Program-made: the position numbers and the translations under genes
The notes under the pieces: model-generated
Database searches by the model: none
What the model was told of the DNA's origin: nothing
Seen by the model: the letters and a program-made list of their open reading frames with translations, nothing else
Origin: a virus
Taxonomy: Duplodnaviria; Caudoviricetes
Length of the DNA stretch: 55,877 nt
IMG/VR virus record: IMGVR_UViG_3300031669_000035
Location: 1-55,877 of that record
Direction: 5' to 3' (one strand)
Shown here: in pieces, positions 38,309 to 46,241 of the stretch
Position numbering within the stretch: the first letter of the stretch is position 1
Layout: each line of letters begins with the position of its first letter

Positions 38309-38572
38309 ATGAGCAAAGAGAATGAAGTTAAAGAACCCACTAACTTTGAATTTAATGAGCGAGTGGTTTGGGACTCAGGATTTGGATATGAAATAGGACA
38401 CTTTTTGGGTGAAGGAAATTCATATAATACTTGGTTAATTGACGTAAGAACTGGATTGATTGTAGAGCCGTTTTCATACTCAAAAATCGAAGTGTTCAAG
38501 TATACAAATGAACTTATCAATAAGTTAACCGCCAAATATGGTTATGAGAAACGTTTCTCGGAGCTGTTTTAA
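38309..38572 (+). CDS. array-borne hypothetical protein, 87 aa
   Basis: ORF between TAAC 38247 and TAAC 38581. Confidence 0.65.
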   Translation: MSKENEVKEPTNFEFNERVVWDSGFGYEIGHFLGEGNSYNTWLIDVRTGLIVEPFSYSKIEVFKYTNELINKLTAKYGYEKRFSELF

Positions 38573-38654
38573 ATGGTGGCTAACGTTTTGGCTAAACAGC
38601 GTTTTAATGCTGTTTAGGTGGTGTTATAATTTGTTTGATTTAAAATAATAAAAT

Positions 38655-38861
38655 ATGAACGACAAAGATAAAATACATAATATGGCTTCTTGTATGTTGT
38701 CAATATTAGATAGTTTAAAACTATACGATAATGACAGTTTATTACTTGATAATGAAACCTTATCAGAGGTTATGTTTAGAAAAATGAAGGCTTACAATAT
38801 AGATTTGAATAAAGAATTGGGGTTTACTCACTTGAAACCGATAACTAAAAATAAATTATAA
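38655..38861 (+). CDS. cassette-borne protein, 68 aa
   Basis: Flanked by GTTATAATTTGTTT / AAATAAATTATAAC. Confidence 0.7.
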   Translation: MNDKDKIHNMASCMLSILDSLKLYDNDSLLLDNETLSEVMFRKMKAYNIDLNKELGFTHLKPITKNKL

Positions 38862-38935
38862 CGTTTAGTGTATGAAATGTGGAGCAAAGCGGAATTTTTT
38901 ATATACCGTGTTATGCTCTTTTAAATTTAGAAAAA

Positions 38936-39283
38936 ATGGAAGCTATAGAAAAATTTGAAGATGAATACAACTCTTTAATGTTAGAGTTAGATATGTTGGA
39001 AAATAAGAAAATAAATAAACTAAAAGATAAGTTTGTTAAAAAACTCCCTTTTAAAAAGGGTGATATTATTTATAATGTAACCGGAATTATAAAAATAGAT
39101 AATATTGATTTTAAAATAGGTTATAATGGTAGAGGTGAATTATTACCAATATATGCCACATTTAGTGGGGTTAAGTATAAATGGGTAAAAGATGGTTTTG
39201 TAACACCTACCAAAAATAAACAAAGAGGGGATTTACATTCTTATGGGAATTTAAAAAGGATAGATAAAAGTAAGATTGTATAA
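38936..39283 (+). CDS. cassette-borne protein, 115 aa
   Basis: Start moved to ATG 38936 (MEAIEKF); flanked by GTTATGCTC / GAGCATAAC. Confidence 0.7.
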   Translation: MEAIEKFEDEYNSLMLELDMLENKKINKLKDKFVKKLPFKKGDIIYNVTGIIKIDNIDFKIGYNGRGELLPIYATFSGVKYKWVKDGFVTPTKNKQRGDLHSYGNLKRIDKSKIV

Positions 39284-39402
39284 TTGAGCATAACGCATGG
39301 TGGTAAAAAATCGTTTTAATGTTTTTTACCACGTGTTATACGCTGGCACGGTTGATTAAACGATAAACTTAAATTGAAACACAAAACAAAATTTTTATTA
39401 AA

Positions 39403-39597
39403 ATGAGCGAGGGCAAAAAAGAAATTAAACACTTAAAGGAAAAAGAAATGCAAGAAGTAATTGACTTCTATTATTTCATTGATGATTACGGACATATTTT
39501 TTATGATGACCCTAAGATATTAGAAGAACCATTTAAGAAGATTATTGAAGGCATTGAGCAAGTAAAAAATATAATTAACGATAACTATGATAGATAA
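39403..39597 (+). CDS. cassette-borne protein, 64 aa
   Basis: First gene of a two-gene cassette. Confidence 0.65.
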   Translation: MSEGKKEIKHLKEKEMQEVIDFYYFIDDYGHIFYDDPKILEEPFKKIIEGIEQVKNIINDNYDR

Positions 39598-40231
39598 AAA
39601 GAAAATACTGAATTTATATGCAGGGATAGGCGGAAACCGAAAACTGTGGGGTAATGAATATGAAGTAACGGCAGTTGAATTTGAACAATACATTGCAGAT
39701 GCTTATAAGGAACTTAATCCAAATGACGAAATAATAGTTTCTGATGCACACCAATACTTAATTGAGAACTTTCAAAAGTTTGACTTTATTTGGAGTAGCC
39801 CACCTTGCCCATCACATAGCAGAACAAGCACTTCATTAAGCGGATGGGGAGTATTTAGATACCCTGATATGAAACTATACGAGGAAATAATTTTCTTGAA
39901 ACACTTTTTTAAAGGAAAATTTGTGATTGAAAATGTGATACCATATTATGAAACTTTGGTAAAACCGACCATTGAAATTGATAGGCATTTATTTTGGTCA
40001 AACTTTCCAATAAAACCATTAAAAGTTGAAAGAAATTATGATGTAAGTAGAGCAACAAAAGAAGTACTTGCAGAACATCACGGTATTATTTTGCCCGAAA
40101 AAACAAAAGATAAACGAAAACTTTTGAGAAACTGTGTAAACCCTGCTGTTGGATTACATATTATTAATTGTGCGTTGGTAGATTTTAATAAAAATTTTGA
40201 ACCGCAAACTCTATTTGGAAACGAAATGTAG
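39587..40231 (+). CDS. short C5-cytosine DNA methyltransferase, 214 aa (cassette-borne)
   Basis: LNLYAGIGG (motif I), SSPPC (IV), IENV (VI), R.LFWSNF, LRNCV. Confidence 0.8.
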   Translation: MIDKKKILNLYAGIGGNRKLWGNEYEVTAVEFEQYIADAYKELNPNDEIIVSDAHQYLIENFQKFDFIWSSPPCPSHSRTSTSLSGWGVFRYPDMKLYEEIIFLKHFFKGKFVIENVIPYYETLVKPTIEIDRHLFWSNFPIKPLKVERNYDVSRATKEVLAEHHGIILPEKTKDKRKLLRNCVNPAVGLHIINCALVDFNKNFEPQTLFGNEM

Positions 40232-40276
40232 TGCTTGCGTATAACACCCGAATAAACAACATTCAAAATTTTGAAC

Positions 40277-40510
40277 ATGGAAAAAGTTAATAATCAACTA
40301 CTTATAGAAACAGACCAAATTGTTGACCGTAACAAGATGGTTCAAATAATTGAACTATTAAGTTATAAGTTAGATTTAAAAACGGTTAGTAATTATGCAA
40401 AAGACAATAATATAAGTTACAACGGTGTTAAGAAATTCAGAAATAAAATAACAATAGGTGGAGTTAAATTTGTTGTTGATGATGTCAATAAAAACAACTT
40501 ACCTTTTTAA
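40277..40510 (+). CDS. small putative HTH protein next to the array, 77 aa
   Basis: KTVSNYAKDNNISYNGVKK...IGGVKFV resembles an excisionase-type wHTH. Confidence 0.5.
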   Translation: MEKVNNQLLIETDQIVDRNKMVQIIELLSYKLDLKTVSNYAKDNNISYNGVKKFRNKITIGGVKFVVDDVNKNNLPF

Positions 40511-40521
40511 ACTAAACTAAA

Positions 40522-40734
40522 ATGAGTAAACTAAATTTTGAAGATTGGAAAAAGGAATGTAAAAAAATAATATACGAACAAACAGAAGGTGTTGATGTAG
40601 ATGAAGGTATGGTTAAACATAATATGGAATTTGTTGATGATTGGGATTTGGAATATGAGGCTGGTTATACCCCTAAAGAAGCAGTTGATGAAGCAAATGA
40701 ACATGCGAGAGATCATTTTTTAGATAACCAGTAA
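40522..40734 (+). CDS. small acidic protein, 70 aa
   Basis: FEDWK...YEAGYTPKEAV. Confidence 0.65.
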   Translation: MSKLNFEDWKKECKKIIYEQTEGVDVDEGMVKHNMEFVDDWDLEYEAGYTPKEAVDEANEHARDHFLDNQ

Positions 40735-40823
40735 TATTTTATAACAACCGGCTAAACACAACTTAACCAATTAATAAAAATATAAAATGAGTATTATCCT
40801 TTTTAAATAAAATAAAAAAACCT

Positions 40824-41087
40824 ATGAAAACAAGAGGAAGTAAATTAATAATAACAAAGAAAGACCTTAACAGAAGGGTGGTCCTTGTTAGAGGAATAGA
40901 ATTTGAAGAACAGATGGCTGGAGCAAGAGATGCCTGCAAAAGTATAGCTCCAGATGCTGTAGTTATTAAAGAAGAATCACTTGAGGACTACAATAAATTC
41001 AGAGATAAGAACGGTAAAAAACCACTACCTGAATCTGAAATATTAATAGTTGATTTAACAATAAAAGAGGAGGATTTAGATGTATAA
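40824..41087 (+). CDS. hypothetical protein, 87 aa
   Basis: ORF in operon. Confidence 0.6.
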   Translation: MKTRGSKLIITKKDLNRRVVLVRGIEFEEQMAGARDACKSIAPDAVVIKEESLEDYNKFRDKNGKKPLPESEILIVDLTIKEEDLDV

Positions 41088-42003
41088 AGGGATTAACGTT
41101 CTATCACTTTTCGATGGAATGAGTTGCGGACAAATAGCACTTAATAAAGTAGGAATTGAGTATGAAAATTACTTTGCTTCTGAAATTGATAAATATGGAA
41201 TTAAAGTATCAATACATAATTACCCAAACACCAAACATTTAGGTAATGTTAAAGAAATAGATTATAGTAAATTACCAAAAATTGATTTGTTGATTGGTGG
41301 CAGTCCTTGTCAATCTTTTTCATTCGCTGGGAAACAAAAAGGAATGATAACAAAGGATAATGTTGAAATATTAACATTGGAGCATTATTTAGAATTGAAA
41401 AATAATGGTTTTGAATTTCAAGGGCAATCATATTTGTTTTGGGAATATATGAACGCATTAATTACTTTGAAACCTAAATATTTTTTATTGGAAAATGTTA
41501 AAATGAGTGATAAATGGAAAAAAGTTTTAAGTAATGCGATTGGTTGCGAACCAATACTTATTTGTAGTGGAAATATTTCAGCACAAAACAGACCACGTTA
41601 TTATTGGACTAATATACCAAATGTAGTTGAACCAACTAAAATAGATATAAAACTGAAAGATATTCTTCAAACAGATGTATCTGAAAGGTATAATATTAAA
41701 GACGAAAGAGTTGATACACTAATGAAGTTTTTAAGTAAAAATTATAAACCGACTGGTAAAGTACCAACGCTAACAACTGAATTAGCACATAGTACTGGTA
41801 AAAACTTTTACCCAAAAACATTAGTTGAGATATTTGATGTATTAGGATATTATAGAAGATTGACACCTATCGAAGTAGAAAGATTACAAACAGTACCCGA
41901 TGACTATACAAGCGTAGTTACCGATACTGAAAGATACAGAATGTTGGGTAATGGTTGGACTGTAGATGTGATTGCTCATATACTTAAAAACATGGGATTA
42001 TGA
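41080..42003 (+). CDS. C5-cytosine DNA methyltransferase, 307 aa
   Basis: LSLFDGMSCG, GGSPCQSFS, LLENV, QNRPRYYW, LGNGW. Confidence 0.92.
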   Translation: MYKGINVLSLFDGMSCGQIALNKVGIEYENYFASEIDKYGIKVSIHNYPNTKHLGNVKEIDYSKLPKIDLLIGGSPCQSFSFAGKQKGMITKDNVEILTLEHYLELKNNGFEFQGQSYLFWEYMNALITLKPKYFLLENVKMSDKWKKVLSNAIGCEPILICSGNISAQNRPRYYWTNIPNVVEPTKIDIKLKDILQTDVSERYNIKDERVDTLMKFLSKNYKPTGKVPTLTTELAHSTGKNFYPKTLVEIFDVLGYYRRLTPIEVERLQTVPDDYTSVVTDTERYRMLGNGWTVDVIAHILKNMGL

Positions 42004-42494
42004 AAATACACTTCAACTTCACCCCAAGAAAGGGGTACAACCTAAGAGATAAACTTTTTGACCTTCTAAATAATGAAGACTTCTTTAAGTATCTTTCTCA
42101 CATGGTAGATAAGGAGGTTAGGATGGAGCTTAGGCCTGCTGTTAAGAAGGGAAGCAAGGAGGCGATGTATTCATTCTATTATGGAGCAATAATACCTTTA
42201 GCAATGAGAGCATATTCTGATCTTGGATATGAATTAATTGATGAAACTCAAACAGACTATCTTTTAAAAGCCGAATTCGCAAAAGGGGTTATGATGACTC
42301 CTGAAGGTGAGCAGAACTATCTATTAGATAAATCTAAGATGACAAAAGAAAGGCTGACAAAGTATATTGCAGACTGCCTACTTCATCTTGAAATGAATCT
42401 TGGAGTCAAAGACCCTCCTAATTCGGAAGAGTATAAAAACAAAATTAGCACAGGCTATGCGTTTAGAAGCGTGAAGAATATTAAAAATAATTAG
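42000..42494 (+). CDS. NinB/YbcN-like protein, 164 aa
   Basis: Pattern resemblance only (FYYGAII...LKAEF...KSKMTKE...YI). Confidence 0.4.
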   Translation: MKIHFNFTPRKGYNLRDKLFDLLNNEDFFKYLSHMVDKEVRMELRPAVKKGSKEAMYSFYYGAIIPLAMRAYSDLGYELIDETQTDYLLKAEFAKGVMMTPEGEQNYLLDKSKMTKERLTKYIADCLLHLEMNLGVKDPPNSEEYKNKISTGYAFRSVKNIKNN

Positions 42495-42502
42495 TATATT
42501 TG
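42495..42502 (+). promoter_or_regulatory. sigma70 -7 box (TATATTTG)
   Basis: Upstream of the leader hairpin and endonuclease gene. Confidence 0.55.
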
Positions 42503-42614
42503 AAGTGCTAAATCGTTATTAATTGAATATAAAAAATCCCATATCATTGCATTGTCCTTTAGACCCTTTAGGGTTGACGGTTTAGCCCTTGTATTTGATA
42601 TGGGTATTTTTATT

Positions 42615-43205
42615 ATGAAGGAATGCAGTAGATGTTTGTTGCTCAAGTCTAAACTTGAGTTTGGAAATCAAAAGAATAGTCCAGATGGTTTAAGTTACAT
42701 TTGTAAAGGATGTGATAGAAAAAAAGGATTTGAATATAATCGAACCAGAGACGGGATAATAACAAAAATATTAAGTTCTCAAAAGAAAAACTCAAAAAGA
42801 AGAGGGCATGAGGCTCCAGCTTATAATAAACAAGAATTTAAAGATTGGATGCTTTCCCGACCAAACTTTGAACCCCTCTACCTTGCCTGGGTATCATCTA
42901 ATTATAATCGAGACCTAAAGCTGTCTGTAGATAGGTTAGATGACAATCTACCGTATAGCATTGATAATATCCAGCTAATGACTTGGGGCGAAAATTACAG
43001 AAAATCAAGAGCTGATATTCAAAGTGGAAAACTTAGGACCAACCATAAGGTTGTAATAGGGACGAACATAAATACTGGTGAAAAAATAGAATTTGACTCA
43101 TTAAAAGAAGCCGCTAATTATATTGGTGTCGATTCTTCAAATATTACTAAATGCTGCACAGGTATTCAAGGGTCTTCAGGAGGTTATTCCTGGAGGCATA
43201 AATAA
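42615..43205 (+). CDS. His-Me/HNH-like homing endonuclease with NUMOD1, ~196 aa
   Basis: CSRC...DGL...CKGC Zn finger; SVDRLDD..PY..DNIQL.TW.EN; C-terminal FDSLKEAA...ITKCC...GGYSW. Confidence 0.75.
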   Translation: MKECSRCLLLKSKLEFGNQKNSPDGLSYICKGCDRKKGFEYNRTRDGIITKILSSQKKNSKRRGHEAPAYNKQEFKDWMLSRPNFEPLYLAWVSSNYNRDLKLSVDRLDDNLPYSIDNIQLMTWGENYRKSRADIQSGKLRTNHKVVIGTNINTGEKIEFDSLKEAANYIGVDSSNITKCCTGIQGSSGGYSWRHK

Positions 43206-43218
43206 ATCAAAAATAAAC

Positions 43219-43248
43219 TTGTAATTACGATTTATTTATCTATATTTG
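43219..43248 (+). promoter_or_regulatory. sigma70 promoter TTG-N19-TATATTTG
   Basis: Consensus match. Confidence 0.7.
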
Positions 43249-43282
43249 CTATCCGATTTAATTAATAAAAGAACAGAAGATT

Positions 43283-44278
43283 ATGGGATTAACGATTACG
43301 AATAAATACGGAGTGAGCGAAGCTATTGTTAACGCCACAAAAATAGATAATCATCGAGTTATTGGTGACATCTCAGTAACAGGACTACTTGATGCTCCAC
43401 AGGTTCGTATTCTGAAGAGAACCTGTGAAATGGAGGAAGATGTTACGGATAGAATATGGGCCTTAATGGGAACCGCTGTCCATTACATGTTGCAGCTCGG
43501 AGAGGTAGGGGCAAGGGAAGCTAAAATACTTCTTGAAGCTGCTGAGATTCTAATGAAGGAGGATGAAGAGAAAGCTTCTAAATGGATAACTAAATTTGTC
43601 AAAGAGAAATACCCTCAAGCAATAAATAAAGATGTCCTTACTGAAGTTACATTGTCTCACACAATGCATGATATGACCTTTTCTGGTACATTTGATAGGT
43701 ACACTATATCTAAATGTCATCTTGAGGATTATAAGAATACTTCTGTTTACCCTTACATGAATCCTGAAGCACAAAAGAAATGGGTTGGACAACTTAATGT
43801 GTATGCTTTCCTTCTTAGAGAGAATGGTTACGAGGTAAAAAAAGCTGATATAACCGCCATTTTTAGAGATTTTTCAGCAGCTAAATCATTTCAAAAAGGT
43901 TATCCTAAAAAACCTATAGAGACATTTAATATCCCATTATACTCTCAGGATTTTATGCGTGATTATATTGGTAAAAGAATACTCCTTCATAAGGAAGCTG
44001 AATCTGGTAATATACCTCCATGTACTGCAAAAGATATGTGGTCCGTAAAAGATAGTTATGCTGTTACAAGTCCAGGAAGGAAAAGAGCTATTAAGCTATT
44101 TCCTACAAGGCCATTAGCTGAAGCTTTCTTATTGGGAGAAGGTGCTCAATACCCTAAAGCAGAAGTTGAAGTAAGGATAGGTGAAGCAAGAAGATGTGCT
44201 TCTTATTGTCCTGTGAGTCATGTGTGTACTCAGAATAAAGAAAGATTACAACGAATAGCTGAAGAGGCTGAAAAATAA
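43283..44278 (+). CDS. PD-(D/E)XK (Cas4-like) exonuclease, 331 aa
   Basis: GTAVH, SGTFD...LEDYK, QLNVY, C-terminal C..YC....C. Confidence 0.8.
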   Translation: MGLTITNKYGVSEAIVNATKIDNHRVIGDISVTGLLDAPQVRILKRTCEMEEDVTDRIWALMGTAVHYMLQLGEVGAREAKILLEAAEILMKEDEEKASKWITKFVKEKYPQAINKDVLTEVTLSHTMHDMTFSGTFDRYTISKCHLEDYKNTSVYPYMNPEAQKKWVGQLNVYAFLLRENGYEVKKADITAIFRDFSAAKSFQKGYPKKPIETFNIPLYSQDFMRDYIGKRILLHKEAESGNIPPCTAKDMWSVKDSYAVTSPGRKRAIKLFPTRPLAEAFLLGEGAQYPKAEVEVRIGEARRCASYCPVSHVCTQNKERLQRIAEEAEK

Positions 44279-44287
44279 AAAAAGCTT

Positions 44288-44458
44288 ATGATTAAATACT
44301 ATTTCTATGGAGTCTTAATGTTCCTTGAAATACTTTATCTAAAAATACTTGACGGACTATCAAGACTGTTTGATGAATCCTTGACGGAGGATGACATCAT
44401 AACGATAGCCGATCAAATTCTTGCAAGATACAGTGATAAGGAGGTGGATTATGGTTGA
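44288..44458 (+). CDS. small protein, 56 aa
   Basis: Not in track; hydrophobic N-terminus. Confidence 0.45.
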   Translation: MIKYYFYGVLMFLEILYLKILDGLSRLFDESLTEDDIITIADQILARYSDKEVDYG

Positions 44459-44505
44459 ATGTCAAAGGTGAAGGCGTTACTTCTATACATATAATATAAA
44501 AAAAA

Positions 44506-44614
44506 GACTACAGTAGTTCAGTTGGTTAGAACAGTGTGCCCTCTAATGGTAAAAGATGCCTAAAAAATAGGGATAAACACACAAGCCGTAGGTTCGAGTC
44601 CTACCTGTAGTCCA
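44506..44614 (+). tRNA. tRNA-like gene with a 39-nt anticodon region (isotype unassigned)
   Basis: GACTACAG/CTGTAGTC acceptor, D arm GTTC-AGTTGGTTA-GAAC, T arm GTAGG-TTCGAGT-CCTAC, stem GTGTG/CACAC enclosing 39 nt. Confidence 0.75.
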
Positions 44615-44859
44615 AAACAACAGCACGCTGGGGAGATTTGTATCTTATCTCCTTGATGCAGTACTCACTAATACGCCATGCTATATGCTGGATGAGGAAA
44701 TGAGACGGAAAACAGGTGGTCTGGTTTTTACTCAAACATCTCTCTGTTGAGGGTTTAGCTTGAACGAGTTAGAAATAACTGAAGGTACAGTTTAGGCGGT
44801 CACATCATGCAGAGAGTTCCTGGTAGTTGGATTAGACGAAATTTTAAAAAGGAATGACA

Positions 44860-44885
44860 GCGTGGAAAGACACGCATTTTTTTTA
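44860..44885 (+). terminator. hairpin GCGTG-GAAAGA-CACGC plus T tract
   Basis: Ends the non-coding block after the tRNA. Confidence 0.6.
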
Positions 44886-44909
44886 CACTAACAAACTAAA
44901 AATAAGAAG

Positions 44910-46241
44910 ATGGAAGGATTAAAATTAATTAGAGCTGAAGTAAAAAACTTCAAAAGTATAACTCATAAAATAGTAGAATTTAATGGTCGTTCAGCTATTA
45001 TTCTCGGTAAGAATGGAGCAGGAAAGTCAAGCTTAATTCAAGCCTTGACATCTCCTGTAAACTCTAAAATGGTTCCTTTAAAACCCATTAAGAATGGAGA
45101 GGAGAATGCTTCAATAGAACTTACTTTGTCAGGTAATATGGGTGGAGAAGATCAAACCTATAATGTTGATATGCATTTTACTCCAAGAGATAAAAAAGGG
45201 CGTATCACTGTTACTGATGAAAACGGTTCCAAAATATCAGATACTAAATCAATGGTAAATTCTATCGTTGGAAATATTGGTTTTGACATATTAGAATTTA
45301 TTGACCTTGGACTTACTAAAGATGGTAAGGTTTCTAAGCCAGGAGTAAAAGAGCAGATTGATACTCTTAAAAGTTTCCTTCCTACAGAATCAAGAAAACG
45401 TCTTTTCGAGCTTGACCATGAGAAATCAACTATTTATGAAGAAAGAGCTGAAATAAATAGAGATATTAAATCCAATACAGCAAAATTAAAAGATGCTGAA
45501 ATGGACCCTCAAGAGATTGAAAAATACTCTGAAAAGAAAGATGATTCTGACATTAAGGCTAAAATGTCTTCTATTGGTGAGGAGGTTTCTAAATATGATA
45601 GAATAGCCAATGGATTAAAAGATAAAGAGTTTCAAGCAGGTACTCTTGCTTCTACCGTAGAAGCTTTAGCTAAAGAGCTTGCCGACAAAACAAAAGAGCT
45701 TGAACTTCTTAATGAAGACATTCAAAAAGGAAGAGATTGGATTAAAGGCAAAGAAAGACCTTCAATGGAGAATCTTTCTGCTGAGCTTGAAGAGATAAGT
45801 GCTCACAATAAGAAAGTTGATGAAGTTAACTCTCTTAAGGAGTTCAGTAAGAACGCAAGAGAACTTCAGGCTTCTGCTGACGCACTTACAGAGAGATACA
45901 ATGCTATTGATGGAGAAAAAGCTAACATCTTTAAAGAAACTCCATTACCTGTTAAAGGATTAGAGTTTTCTGAAGATGAGATTCTTTATAACGGACTTCC
46001 TTTTAATGCAAATCAACATCCATCATCTACCATTATTGGTATAGGTATTAAGATTGCAATGGCGATGAATCCTAATCTTAAAGTTCTTATTATTAAAGAT
46101 GGTTCCCTACTTGACAAAAAGGTGCTTAAATTCATCCTGAAGATAGTAGAAAAAGAAGGTTATCAAGTGTTTATTGAGACTGTTGACCATGAAGGAGAAA
46201 AAGATTTAGAAGTTCAATTTATAGAAGAAGATTTACAATAG
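44910..46241 (+). CDS. SMC/Rad50-like AAA ATPase, 443 aa
   Basis: VKNFKSI, GKNGAGKSS, long coiled coil, IIKDGSLLD. Confidence 0.8.
   Translation: MEGLKLIRAEVKNFKSITHKIVEFNGRSAIILGKNGAGKSSLIQALTSPVNSKMVPLKPIKNGEENASIELTLSGNMGGEDQTYNVDMHFTPRDKKGRITVTDENGSKISDTKSMVNSIVGNIGFDILEFIDLGLTKDGKVSKPGVKEQIDTLKSFLPTESRKRLFELDHEKSTIYEERAEINRDIKSNTAKLKDAEMDPQEIEKYSEKKDDSDIKAKMSSIGEEVSKYDRIANGLKDKEFQAGTLASTVEALAKELADKTKELELLNEDIQKGRDWIKGKERPSMENLSAELEEISAHNKKVDEVNSLKEFSKNARELQASADALTERYNAIDGEKANIFKETPLPVKGLEFSEDEILYNGLPFNANQHPSSTIIGIGIKIAMAMNPNLKVLIIKDGSLLDKKVLKFILKIVEKEGYQVFIETVDHEGEKDLEVQFIEEDLQ

Larger units (their letters stand above)
38247..40762 (+). mobile_element. attC-like gene-cassette array 2
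   Basis: Junctions TAAC 38247, TAAC 38581, GTTA 38623, TAAC 38859, GTTA 38910, TAAC 39291, GTTA 39335, TAAC 40242, TAAC 40742, with paired arms. Confidence 0.75.

Noticed and set aside
38524-38584. GTTAACCGCCA..TGGTGGCTAAC as a further cassette unit
   Set aside because: Mismatched and lacks the TA-N5-TGTTA context; at best a degenerate remnant.
38581-39338. Array hairpins as simple intrinsic terminators or CRISPR repeats
   Set aside because: No downstream T tracts; arms differ in sequence while junctions and loop are fixed; units between them are whole genes.
44539-44577. Group I intron in the tRNA
   Set aside because: Far too short and no group I core.
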